Positions 63,854 through 64,000 of a stretch of DNA of 64,000 bases are shown one piece after another. Within the stretch, counting starts at the first letter, position 1. Each line of letters begins with the position of its first letter. Below the pieces are notes generated by a model, which saw nothing but the letters and a program-made list of their open reading frames with translations, was not told the DNA's origin and did no database searches. The DNA is from Amoebidium appalachense. Lineage: Eukaryota > Protista > Ichthyosporea. The stretch is from assembly GCA_963693365.1 (NCBI GenBank), contig CAVNZM010000002.1:12828328-12892327 (forward strand). The letters run 5' to 3'. Both the position numbers and the translations under genes were made by a program.

Positions 63854-64000
63854 GTAGGTTTTCCCTGAGTGCCTCTTCGCCCCCCCCCCCCCCCCCCCCC
63901 ACCCACCCACCCACCCACCCCCCCCCCCCTCCCCCCCCCCCCCCCCAAAAAAAAATAAAAATAAAAAAATAGAACACTACCACCACATTCTGACCCTTAG

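Overview
Intron-rich eukaryotic DNA saturated with (CA/TG)n, (GA)n and long G/C homopolymers. Gene content suggests a unicellular holozoan such as an ichthyosporean (inference only). Six spliced genes were reconstructed by hand: the 3' part of a Mi-2/CHD3-5 remodeller (+), a low-complexity CCCH zinc-finger gene (+), cathepsin B (+), an eIF4G2/DAP5/NAT1 orthologue (-), calcineurin B (-) and the 5' part of a YeeE/YedE sulfur transporter (+). Also present are a PIF/Harbinger-type transposase, a decayed XPG/FEN1-like fragment and a 1.3-kb TIR element. Most notable: (1) a family of ~260-nt intronic, always sense-oriented structured elements with covarying stems, a palindromic loop and hammerhead-ribozyme core motifs in a non-canonical order; (2) eIF4G2 has no usable AUG and apparently starts at CUG; (3) three intronic copies of an H/ACA snoRNA with a predicted 18S target; (4) many splice acceptors use (AC)n rather than polypyrimidine tracts. 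Several single-base frameshifts in homopolymers are probably assembly errors. All homology calls are from recall of family motifs, not database searches.
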